Below are positions 1 to 11,648 of a stretch of 64,000 nt of DNA, one piece after another; position 1 is the first letter of the stretch; every line of letters begins with the position of its first letter. This DNA comes from Entomortierella parvispora E1425 (Eukaryota; Fungi; Mortierellomycota): assembly GCA_020891255.1 (NCBI GenBank), contig BQFW01000010.1, positions 1,240,001 to 1,304,000 of the forward strand, given 5' to 3'. Under the pieces are notes generated by a model. It saw nothing but the letters and a program-made list of their open reading frames with translations, was not told the DNA's origin and searched no databases. Both the position numbers and the translations under genes were made by a program.

Positions 1-142
1 ATTCAGGGCTCCCAAGCGGAGGATGTGATCCTGTTGGACCAATGCAACGTATCAAAACCGTCCATGGCATAGATTGCTCTAAAGATATTTGATTTAATGG
101 GGGGGATTTTTTTTTTTTTGTTCTGGCTAAACTTTAGGACAT

Positions 143-3009
143 TTACTCCTCGTCCGACTCTTCCTCGGATTCTTCCTCAGACTCTTCCTCAGACTCGTCT
201 TCAGAGTCGGATTGTTCCAAGAAAGCAATCATAGGAGCCGCCTAAGAAAAATATCAATCAAATAGAAAAGAGTAAAGTCAGCAAATGAAAAATAGTTCCT
301 CTTTTTTGATCTTAGACAAGATACAGGTTGGGGGGTTTCTCCCTCTTACCAATGCACGAAGCTTCTTCTCTTCCTCAGAGCCCTCTTGACTCTTCTCGGA
401 ATGGTACCAAATCAAGATAGCATCCTCCTCCAGGATATCGGCATCATAAAAGTATCTCAAGGAGGGCGCAAAGACCTTACTGCTCGTGCCTGGGGCCAAG
501 GCAGCCGAAGCCCGCTGCAAGATATAGAGTCCATCGATCTGATCGTCCTTGTCGTGCACCATCCTTCCGATCAAAGGTCCCCACTTGTCCAAGACATCCT
601 TCACGGCCTTGCCCGATTTCACGGGGGCAGTGACATCCATATGCTTCAAAACACTGGGGATAATACGCTTGCGCATCTCGTGGAAGCTCGAGTTGGACGC
701 CATTCTCAATGTGTTCAACTCCAACGCCGCAATGTCGACGGTATGGTTCTCCTTGAAGGCTCTCTCCAAGGTCTGGGTCACTTCTCTGTCCAAATCCTCA
801 GCAGGGTTGACCTCATCCTCCTCCAGATCCGAAGCCTCACTCTCGAACTCTGATCCTGAAGCCAACTCCTGTTGGGCCTGATCCAACTCCAGGGCAGAGA
901 AATCATAAGCGAGTCGGTTGACCAGCTTGTTGCGAGGATCCACTTCATCATCCTCATCATCCGATCCCTCAGCTTCTCTAAAAGTCCTGCCACGTCCAGT
1001 TGCTCCCACGATAGCCTGCTCCGACTCCAATTCTGCCTCAGAGTCATCCTCATCCTCGGGCAAAGCCGTCAAACGCGAGTAGGCTGGCACAGTAGAACCA
1101 GCACCAACCTTGACCTGCGAGAAAAAGAATTGTTCAAAAACCGGAATTTGTTAATAATCAATCCTTGATGTCCACTCTGACTATTCCAACGGCAATAGTG
1201 AAAATGGAGAGGAGCAAGTGGATGACTTACATTGAATGAAATTAAGCATCCCTTCTCGACGGTCACTCCCTTTTCCAGAACAACCCCATTGGCAATAATA
1301 CTGTGCTGAACCACGCAGTCATCCATGATCGTGACATTGTCCCAAATGTATGCATTATCAATCTTGACATTGGCGCCTAAAGTGAAATCGAAAATTCATT
1401 AGTCCTTGCCGTACTTTTTTCGCCATGCTCTTTTCTTTTCTCGTCAAGAAATGAAATAAGCAATCGCAACACCAGACTCCTTTGAGCAGCTTACCGATGA
1501 CACAGTTCTTTCCGATCACACAGTTAGAAAGGACAGAGCGCTCAGCAATCTGGGTATTGGCTCCAATAACGACCTTCTCCTCCACCACACAGGTTCTTGA
1601 CAGGACCACACTCTTCTCCTTGTAGACCAATCCTCTGCGGAACTCGTAACAATCTCCGGCCTGCAAATTGCTATCAGGGACCATGGGGAAAGTCCAGCGG
1701 GAAATAATATCCTTCGAGACTGCATCGTACATCTGTGTACTCCGAACACGGGCCGCATACACATCCGTGACCTCCTGGAAATGAATCGTCTTGCCCAAAA
1801 GATCCGACGTCAAGATACCATGGACGAAATCCGTACGAATATCCTGGTAATCGAAATTCTCTGTGAACAACGCTGGCACCTCCACAGAGCAAATATCAAT
1901 CTGACAATCAATCAAGTCGTTCCTGATCTGAACCTCGGGGTGTTTGTCAAAGATCTCCATGTCCATGGTCATGCGACGGTCCTGACGACTGCTCTTGAAG
2001 GCCTTCACGGGCTGGTAATGTAAGCATTCCTTCGAAGCCTGATCCAGAACAAACAAGGCACCATCGCCCACAGAGCTAAACAATAGGCAAGAAAGAAAAA
2101 AGAGGTGACGTGAGTTATTGTTGGCTTGGGTGTTGTTTTTGTTTTTGTTTTTGTTTTGTAACCTCCTGCGTCAAGGCAAAGTGCCGTCGAATCCTTGAAT
2201 AGGAAAAGCGGGACATGGTCACAATGACTCATGCGATTACATGAACACCAAAAAAAAACCCCCAAAAAAAAAACATACCGACTTCTGTGCTGGGGGCTAG
2301 CCTTCTTGAGTACCATCGTCATGATGGCACTTTTATCCGCCTGTCTTCTTGCCCGATGCTCATCCAAGACCTTGTCCAGCTTCATGTTGGAGACCACATC
2401 TCCAGTGACCAAGATGAAATCCGTGTCGATCAACTGCTTCGCATCCAACTCACGCATCGCGTCTCCGACGGAATAACACTCTTGTGAGACAATCGTATGG
2501 ATCTTCATGTTGGATTGCTTTCCATATTGCCTAGAAAAGAATTAGGAGGGTTCCCCGTAAAAATAATAAAAACATGTATAAGTCTCCTCATGCTCTCTTG
2601 GCTGATTCACTTTCTCCCCTTCCGCTGGGTGCTTTCGTCAATGGGTTTCCCGGACATACTTGACAAACTGCTTCACTTTGTCAGAGTGCGAGCAGCAAAA
2701 GACAAAGATCTCCTGGACACCTGCTACGGCCAAAAACTCGAACGTATAAGAGATCAAAGGAACATTGCACAGAGGAAGGAGACACTATTTTTGTTGAAGG
2801 GAAGAAAAGAAAAATTAGTCTCGAGCCTTTTCGTGTCAACTTTCCCGCGGGTCCAAAAAAAAAAAAGATTGAAAAAAAAAAAAAGGAGCGCGGGAATTTA
2901 CTCTGGCAGTCTCAAGGGTAATGGGCTGGAATCGTTCGTCGAAACTGTCGGCGAGAATGACGGCCTGGAGGACCTGCTCTGAGGATTCGACCTTTTCCTT
3001 GGGTGGCAT
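143..3009 (-). CDS. GCD6: Translation initiation factor eIF2B epsilon subunit (multi-exon)
   Basis: Spliced reading gives [66 protein letters not shown], then DFILVTGDVVSNMKL and IRNDLIDCQIDICSVEVPALFTENFDYQDIRTDFV. Hexapeptide (I-patch) repeats follow (VIGANTQIAERSVLSNCVIGKNCVIG). The W2/HEAT C-terminus has YDADILEEDAILIWY and an acidic tail ending SDEE*. Introns are GT-AG. Confidence 0.95.
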
Positions 3010-3096
3010 TGTCTAGTGTGAATGGAGTTGTGTTGTCGGTGGTGAGTGAAAAACGAATGGATTGAACAAAGAAGTTACTGTATTCTTTCAAAATAG

Positions 3097-3108
3097 AATC
3101 ACGTGATT
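3097..3108. promoter_or_regulatory. Palindromic E-box AATCACGTGATT upstream of GCD6
   Basis: Perfect 12-bp palindrome containing TCACGTGA (bHLH/Cbf1-type site) about 90 bp upstream of the GCD6 ATG. Function is inferred. Confidence 0.45.
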
Positions 3109-3339
3109 ATATTTAATCGAGATCATCAAGGAGGCTCAGCCACCCGAATCAGCTATTCTAGAAAATAATCCTCATATTTTTTATCCGTGATTTACTTCTT
3201 TAGTAGACACTATGGTTATGGTAGTTCCTACGCAGGATGATGGAAGGAAGCACTTTTGTTTTTTGTTTTATTTTGTTTGTTGCGCAATCTAATTTAATGG
3301 GATGAAAGGATGGGGAGGTGGACAATAAAAGAAAGGGCT

Positions 3340-6215
3340 CTAAGGTGGCAATCCACCACCGCGTTCACTGACAAGAGGTGTGTTGGCCAAGGGGGCCAGG
3401 ATGGCAATCAGTCGCGAACAGCTCATGACAAAGACATCGTTTCCACCTCGACTCTGGGCATGCTTCGCCCATCCAACATGCAACTTGAGCTTGGCCAGCT
3501 GTTCAAATCGATGGAAATGGGCCCCCAAGCCCGGCACACGCGCCAACACAAACGCCAGATCCGACGCGAACGTGTTGGCACAGGCCGATGCCAGATCAAA
3601 GCCTAGATCCTCCGCCTTGAGCGGTCCAGAAGAAGACGCCGTCGAAGAGACCGTATCGACCGTGTTGCTGATAGGACTCTCTGACGTTGCACAGCTCGAA
3701 GGTGACAGTGGCGTCGTCTCTTGCTGTCCCAAACGTGTTGTTGATCCTGAAGAAGACAAGGACGAGGACAATGGCGACGCCACGGACTTTTTCGTTGAAT
3801 CGGCTGAACCAGGACTGGAGAGGCTTCGCTGGAGCGCCAATCTCGGTGAAGACTTTGTACGCATCAACCTTTCCTTGACCATCATGGAAATCGGTCCCAA
3901 GGGTGGAGTGGAAGAGAAAGGAAAGGCAGGGAAAGAAGTGGGAATGGAGGAGGAAGAGGCAGAGGACGAGGATCCCGCCGAGGTGGGTCGTTCAAGAGGG
4001 TGGAACGGTGAGAGTGAGTGGCTACCCATGGCATGGTACGGTTTGTCAAGCGACATGTCCATGATGATCCGCTCCTGTTCGCTCGCCGAGTGGGAACGCT
4101 CCATCTTTTGCTGGTGCTGCGTCTGGGACCGAAGACCTCCGCGGCGCTGACGACTGGTGACCGCGCCTTCGAGCTCATAGTCCATGGCCATTGTGTCTGG
4201 CTCACGTTTTCCATTCGTCCTCTTGGTGCGACACTGTTGTCGAGGCGAGGGTGGTTGTTGGTGTGGGTCGCTCTCGCCGTTGCTGCTGTTGTGGCTGGCG
4301 ACTCTACTGCTCTTACTGCTGCTGGCTCGGGTAAGGGCCCTCCTGGGCTCCATATCGCTGTCCAGCACCATGTCTTCATGATCCAACTCATCGTCCGCAT
4401 CCTCGTCAATATCCATCTCGGAGGACGACTGGCCATGACCGCTGTCGCGTCGACGCAGACCTCCCTTTGCCTCAATCTCGTTCAAAAGAAGGTCCTGATC
4501 CTGCTCAATCATCTCCTGTCCTGACTCTTGTACCAAATCGACTCTGTGGCTTTCGTCCTCTTCTTCTTCTTCCTCTTCTACGTCGTCCTCATCGTAATCG
4601 CAATCACTGTCCTCCTCCTCTTCTTCTTCTTCATCGTCATCCTCGTCCATGTTTTCTGTATCCCCCTCCAAAGCCGTATCATCACTCGTCTCGGAGGTTC
4701 TCCTGGATAGCGCTGCAGAGTCCTGAGAAAAAGTTGATTCAGAGGCTGAAGAAAAAGTGGGTGAAGCCAAAGCAGGGTATCGATGTGGGTTCTTGATCCG
4801 GTCCAGCGTCTGCTCCAACTGACGACTCCTTTCACGCGAGGCCGCACTTCCACACACGACCCGCCTGTATTCCTCCACCACATCGCGATAAAGGTCGATC
4901 GTGCCCTCAGCTGCAAAAGTGGGGTTGGCAACGTGCCATTGAAGGGCATGACCTTTCCAACCCTGTCCACCACCATCCCCTCCTTGTTGAATCGCCACGG
5001 GTGCTGCCGTTGGTGCGACAGGTGGTGCGACCACGACGTTTCCTAAGACATGATTTCCGCATGAAAAAAAGGGGGGTACAAGCAATGGAGTCAGCACATT
5101 GGATCATAAACATTCACAAAATCCACAACAATAGAAATTCTGCAGGATGAACGCATGATTAGAAAAAAAGAAGAAAAAAAAAATAGTCCGAAGGAGGGGG
5201 GACGAGGAAAAGTGGGCCAATGGGTCCGTCCCAGAGATCTGACCTTTTCCTCTTTTTCTTTTGTTCCTTCCACTCCTTTGGACAAAGTGCAAAGAAAGGA
5301 CGCGTCCAGCCTGTCACATGCTGTGTTGCACATGTTCCCTCCTCCCTTTTTCCCGTGTTGTGGTTATGGGATAGGATTTGGGAGAAGAGGGGGAAAGAGA
5401 AAGAGAAGAGAGGGGGGGACAGACGGGGAGTCCCTTGATCGGCCATTTGTACGTTCACTGTCTGGACGACCAAAAAAAAAATATCGATACGATTTTTGGG
5501 TTTTGGAAAGAGCAGGGAATGGGGTGGGCAAGGTGGATTTACCTGGTGTTGTTGCTCCTGTGGCAGCTGATGCGGGGACAGAGGTCGTGGCCGCGGCGGC
5601 ATTGGCCGGTGCTGCTGCTCCCGCTGCTCCTTCTGCTCCTGCTCCATTCCCTGCTGCATTCTGTGCCTGACCTTGGGCCTGCGCTCCATTGGTCGGGACA
5701 GCCGCCGCCGCTGCCGCCGTGACGCCTTCCAATCCGCCTTCGACAGGAATCACGGTCCCACAGACGCTCTCACATCCAAAGAGATACGCGCGCTTGATAA
5801 AGCTGTACAATGTCTCGTACTCCTCTCCTGGGGGATTGCCCACTCGATCCGGGAGCGCATACCGGACCCTGACACTGAGTGGATGATGATAGAAATGAAC
5901 CTCTCTCGAATGGGCCGCCTTCCAACGCGTGAAAAGCTGCAGCAATCTGTGTTTTCGAAGATGAGGGTACGTCACTGGGTGGCAATGTTCGTGAAACGTA
6001 TGCGATGTCAGCAACAAGGGGAGGATATATGTCGAATAAGTCCTGGGTGTCGTCGAGATGGGGAGAAGAAGATTCAGCGTCTGTGTCAGGATTTGGAACC
6101 AGATCTCGAGTGGGAGATTAGGAGGTTGGCGGGGTCGCGATGACTTGTGATATCTGCGCCTGGAGGAACGGTGGAGGGTGTGGCTGCTGCTTTTGTAGTT
6201 GTAGTGGGAAGGCAT
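3340..6215 (-). CDS. Hypothetical protein with N-terminal F-box-like motif and long acidic/Ser-rich disordered region (multi-exon)
   Basis: ORF 5364-6215 contains PNLPLEIWFQILTQTL (F-box-like start). Small internal exons are probable near 5100-5330. ORF 3340-5097 has an acidic tract and a folded-looking C-terminus (GFDLASACANTFASDLAFVLARVPG). Confidence 0.6.
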
Positions 6216-8718
6216 GGTTCGAAAATATGTTGGTGTTTATGAATGGCGGATGTTGCTGTTGGAGTAGAGTCTTGTTTTCGGGAGTGGGTCAGTCTATTGG
6301 ATGTGTTATTAGATGATTAGTGAGTGGCTGAAGAATGGGAGGGATGGAGGAGGTAAAGTGAAAAAGTGAGAGGAAGAGTGAGAGGAAGACGATCCGATAG
6401 ATCACGCTCGACAAGAGAGCAAGAGGACTACAAAAAATGGAGAGAGAGGGGGGGGGGAGTCAACAACAATTACAACAACAATAACAACAAAAAAATGAAG
6501 GAGAAAGGGAAACGATGAAATTGAGAGAGCAGAAAACAAAAGAAATAAAAATGTAATAAAGGATAAAGATAGCTTGACGGATAGGCTGCTCCTCAGGAGA
6601 ACAGAGGGAAGGCAAGAAGGATACCAAGAGACAAAGAGACGGCAACGTGGGAGGGTACCAAAAGTGCGCGAAAAAGAAAAGTTCAAAGAGGGAAGGAGAG
6701 GGAGGCAGGAAGGGGTTGAAAGGAGAGAACTCAATTTGAGATGGAAGAGAAGTGTGGGTGCGTTGATGTGGATGAGGACTGGATGTGGTCAGAGGACAAA
6801 TTCGAACCAAAGATAGATGATGACGGTGGTGGTGGTGACGGCCTTGGTGGTGGTGATGCTACCTGCTTACAGAGTTGATCCAGTGTACGAGAGGGAGGAA
6901 TGGTGGTGTGGAGGACAGACAACAAAGAAAAGAAGTGCAAGGAGACAGAAGAAGAGGGGCTAAAGTGGGTGCGGTGTCAATGGGGTTGAATTGGACTGGA
7001 CTTGGACTAGACGAGAAAAGAAGTACGGACCTGGGAACCAAAACAGGCTACCTGTGGCTTCTTTATATTTGCTTGGTGCGACTGGAATGGTTGCTGACGA
7101 GCGTCGAAGCAACTGGAAGAAATGGAAAAAAAGTGCAGTGGGAAAAAAGTCGATACCAACAAATCGGGATGTGGCTTCTTGGTGCAACAAGGGTGGTCTG
7201 TGTGTCAAAGGCGACTGAGGGTGCTGAAGAAGAGAGGTCAGAGTGAGCGACAGGTCAGTCAGGAACTCGGTATTGGGATGTGACAAGAACAGAGACCAGG
7301 AACCAGAATAGAAAGGAAAGAGAAGGGAACAAAGAAAGAGGATGGACAAGCAGCCAAATGGCTGATCAGAAAAGGGAGACAAAAGGGGGGCGACGGGATG
7401 ACGGACAAGCGCGAACAAGAATCGGCGTTTGTCGTTCAGTGGCTAGCTGTTCTCCTGCCTGCTTGACTTTCCGAAGTTGGAGATTGGAGGGGGGGAGAGG
7501 GCAAGGAAGGATAAGGAGGTGAGATGAGGGCGAGGGTGACCAAGGGCGCGAAGGAGCAGGGCAAGGGGTATAAAGGGTCAAGGAAAAAACAGGGTCGAGT
7601 CTGTCCAAAAGAAGCAGCGAACAGAGGGAACCAGGGCAAGCTTTGGGGGTAAAGGGCTGTTGATTGACGGACTGGACCATTGCCTGCTCTTCTGCTCTTG
7701 CGCTTATATATGCAAGCTCGAAATGTCATCTACTGTTCTCATTCTCTTACCTGCCCATTTTGGCGACTTTTTTCTGAGTCGATCCTGCAAAAAAAAAAAA
7801 AGCAGCAGTAGACGTGAGAATGAGAGGAGAGGGGCGGAGAGGGGAGACGGATATACACACACACAGTCGGGCGGGAGAGGGAAGAGAGGTTTTGCCTGTT
7901 GTCATGTTGTCGGGGTGGAATGAACTTGCCGAGAAGACAAGGCAGGACTGAAATTGGACTCTGGGATAGATGGGTGGCCACAGCACAGATAAGGAGACGG
8001 GGTCGTTGCACAAGACGTAATAACGCTCTAGATGTGAACAATGAGAAGGAATGCCATGAGAATGAACGAATGGAAGCAGCATCGACATCACCACAGCAGG
8101 CGCAACAAGTAAAGCGGCTGTGTTGTCCCGTGCAGTGCAACGCAGTGAGCCCTGCAGTCTCTTTGTGCTTGTGTGTAGCACCAATGCATGCAAGACGCAA
8201 GAGGACATGCAGCCACTGAGAGTGTGGTTTTTCTTCCTTTCTTTTCTTTTTTTTTTTTGCAGTGCTTCCCTCCTTTCCCCTCCGTTCCTCTCTCCTCTTT
8301 TCTCTTTCTTACCACACATTTGTCCGTCCAAACCATAGGGGGATCTGGAGGATTCTGTGCAACCAGCACTTTCAAGAAAGGGACGCGACAAAGTATATAA
8401 ATAGTCTGGGTCCCATCATTGTCCATCCCGCCATTCCTTTCCGTGTCAGCATACCAGTCCATCCACTCCCTGTTCGGTGGCAAAGCAAAAGACGTCCCTC
8501 ATCACGACGCGTTTGCGTTTGGGAGCACTCGAAAGTCAACGATGATCAATGAGGTAGACGCGTCGATCACTTTGGTGGCGTCTCTGTATTTGGGTATTCT
8601 TTTTATTTTTGTCGAGACAAACAACTGAGCCTGCCATATTGCTGTCATCGCATTCTATTGTACAATTTGAAGGGACAAAAGTTCCTTTTCATCCCCTTCC
8701 TCCTTTTTGTGGGGCTGC

Positions 8719-9989
8719 TTACTTGGCCAGGGCACCACTCGCGATGCCGTACCAGAGACTCAGTCCTCCAGCGAGGTGCCAGTACGAGTGCCCGCAAAAG
8801 AAATGGAACCTGTCTGCTGCAAACATGGACAGACCCAACAGTCCAAAGCCCAAGCCAATCCACGACTCGTGCACAATGAATCCCCAAATCGTGGCTGGGA
8901 TCATCAAGACCATCAGCATCAAGGACAACATGGCTGTGCGTCGCCACGAAAACAAAAAGAGCGAGACCATGCCCACAGCCATCACATAGGGTGTGGCCTC
9001 CCAATGGACAATGGACGCAATCAGGTCTGGGACCATCATGGCATAGGGTGGAGGCAAAGACCGCAAGAGCTGGAGGGTGTTGAGGTAAAACATGATAGTG
9101 GCAAAGCAGGCATCCAGTGAAGAAAAGATCTTGTACAGAGTCGCGTGGTAAAGAGTCGAAGTCATGGCTGTGATGACGGAAAGCGCGATCACAAAGTGGG
9201 TAATGTGGATATCTGGTGCCGACCATCGGAAGGACGGGTCCAGGTAAAGAAAGACTGGCAGTGCAAAGAAGGGAGAGCTGATTGTGCAATAGAACTCGGC
9301 TATTTGGTTCAGAGATAGTTTGCATGGAGCGGCGTTTAGTTTCAAGGAGTCGGCCAACGTGCATGCCTGTGTGCTATCTTTTTGTTTTCTGTCAAGGACT
9401 ACTTACCAGCCCATTGAACGGTGGCGTATTTCTTCTCCAAGGTCACCACTGTGGCCTTGCTAAAAAGCTGTTTGCCTAGAGGCGCCTCGGCTTGGCCATG
9501 CAGGATCCCGCCTGCTTGGCTCAAAGACCGACTGTGATGATGGTGATGGTGGTGGCGGTGGTGGCTGTGGTGATGTTGTCCATTGGGGTGGTAATGTAAC
9601 CGTTCGTCTTGACCGGCCTTGGTGATCACCCTTGATAACCAAGTCAGAGGCGACGAATACGAAGCACCGGAACTCGTTCCACTTCGGTTGCTGATCATGT
9701 CTTCCGAGGGTATCGTCCCCAAAGCAATTGATGAGGATAGCGGAACAGACGAAGCATTGGAAGATGAGACACCTTCGGCGGATCTTGAACTCGATGGATA
9801 GGCCATTGAATCAGATCGAATGCTGTGGTATGCGGTATTGCTGTTGCTGCTGCTGCTGCTGCCACCGTTCATGGTAGCGGCGGAGCGACCGGCGATGCGC
9901 GAGGAGCGACGGAGAGTAGAGGGATGAAGGGGCTGCATTGGGAGGTGGATAGGCAGAACGGACTCTGCCTGGATCTCGGAGGGTGGCAT
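8719..9989 (-). CDS. Alkaline ceramidase-like CREST-superfamily membrane hydrolase (2 exons)
   Basis: ATG at 9989; intron gtaagt..ccaaatag joins TLEKKYATVQWA-AEFYCTISS, resembling the ceramidase ExNY..IAEFxNTxSN motif. SxxxH (STLYH), LDAC and HSYWH Zn-binding motifs are present, with several hydrophobic TM segments. Confidence 0.7.
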
Positions 9990-11611
9990 GTTGTGATGTG
10001 AACGGAAGGTCTGGTAACACGAGGAACAATTACGACTCAGGAACCAGTAATAATGGCGGAGAGAGGGAAACAGGTACAACGGTTGGGTATCAAGGAAGGA
10101 AGACGGGGCGGGAGGAGGGTGGTGAAAAGAGGAGAAAAGAAAAAACAATGAAGAAAGAGGATCAACAGGTCATGAACAAGGAAGGAGGAATGAAATGAGA
10201 ATGAGAGAAGGGTTGATCCGACAGTGGATGCATGCGATGAGGGGAAAGGGAGAGAGGTATGAAAAAGAGTTATTGAGAGCAAGGACAAAGATAGAATTAG
10301 CTACAATTGATTGCTGGCAAAGAGAGAGGAGAAAAGGGAGAGCGAACAGCCAACAGAGAGCGAGAAGCACGGAAAGCTGCAAGCAGGGTATCCACGGAAG
10401 GAGAGAAGAGGGGGAAATGAAGGGGGAGATGGAGATGATGAGGGAATCAAGGAAGGAGAGAGAGAGATAGAAGAAGGAAGGAAGGAAGGAAGGATGATAG
10501 GACAGCAGGCCAACAAGACAGACAATTAATGAAAAAAAAGAGGGACCTTAAAGGTAAAAGCCGAGAAGAGATGGAAAGCGCGGAACGAACAAAGGAGCGA
10601 AGGAGCGAAGAACCTCCGCTCTGAGGACGATGTTTAATTGCTGGTTCGGAAATGACTTTGACACCGTGTGTGTCTGTGTCTCTATGACTTTTTGTGGGGA
10701 AGAATGAAAGAATGAGTGGATGAAAGAGAACGGGGCTGGGTGCTGCTGTGTCTGTTGGTGCTGTTGATCGTGGGCATTTTGGCCATGTTCGCGTAGTTGC
10801 CGACTTGCTGTTGTTGCTGTTGTTGCTGTTGTTGTTCTTCGTTGTCAGTTGAGGGGGGGTTTTTTTTTGTTGGGAAAAAGCGAGCATCGCCTGTTGGTCA
10901 ACAGTCGTGGCCATGCCATGGGCAAGGCATAAAGAGACACGCTCGGTTGTACCGAGGGTTCAATGTTTTTTTAGAGGAGAAGCAACGTTGACAGACCTTC
11001 AAAGCGTCTTTCAGCTCTGAGCATCAACAACAGCGTCCGCTCCACCCTACTTCTTGGTCTCTTTTTGTTCTGCTTGTCCCTTCTTTCTTCTCTCCTCCCC
11101 TTGTCCATGACTACTCTTCAGCACAGCTGGCTGATTCTTGTAACCTTTGAGTGCCATCCCCCCAGAAGACTTGGCCCCTCCCGGGGATAACCACTTCAAG
11201 ACGCCAACCGCCTTACATTACAAACCCTGCCCGACAACCTAACAGCCTAGCCTTAGGATAGAGTTGTTCCCTGTTGCTCTCACGCCCAAAATATCGCTCA
11301 TTTCGCAACTTTGCCCATTGTCCAGACCCTCGAAGAGGACAAGGGATGGTCACATTCTGTCGTCTACCTCGCCCCATCCTTCCTGCTCCACACCCTCTTT
11401 TACTTTGGAGCTTGTGAGTGTTGTTGTTATCCTGGCATGATTGTACTCCCAAGGCAATCACACCAATGGCAATCGTCTCCTCGTCTGCTCGTCTTTTACA
11501 CCCGCCTGTCCTTCGGGAGAGGTGTCCGAGAAACAAAAAAATCGACATTTCTTTTACAGATCGCACGAAAAGACTGTCCTTATTATTATTACTGTAATAA
11601 CCAGACTCGCG

Positions 11612-11644
<33 letters not shown>
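11612..11644. repeat. (CT)n microsatellite
   Basis: Run of CT dinucleotides visible directly. Confidence 0.9.

Positions 11645-11648
<4 letters not shown>

Noticed and set aside
3380-4150. Long plus-strand ORFs opposite real genes (also 386-853, 37515-38108, 48344-49078, 46478-47284)
   Set aside because: Antisense shadows of coding exons, with no independent motifs.
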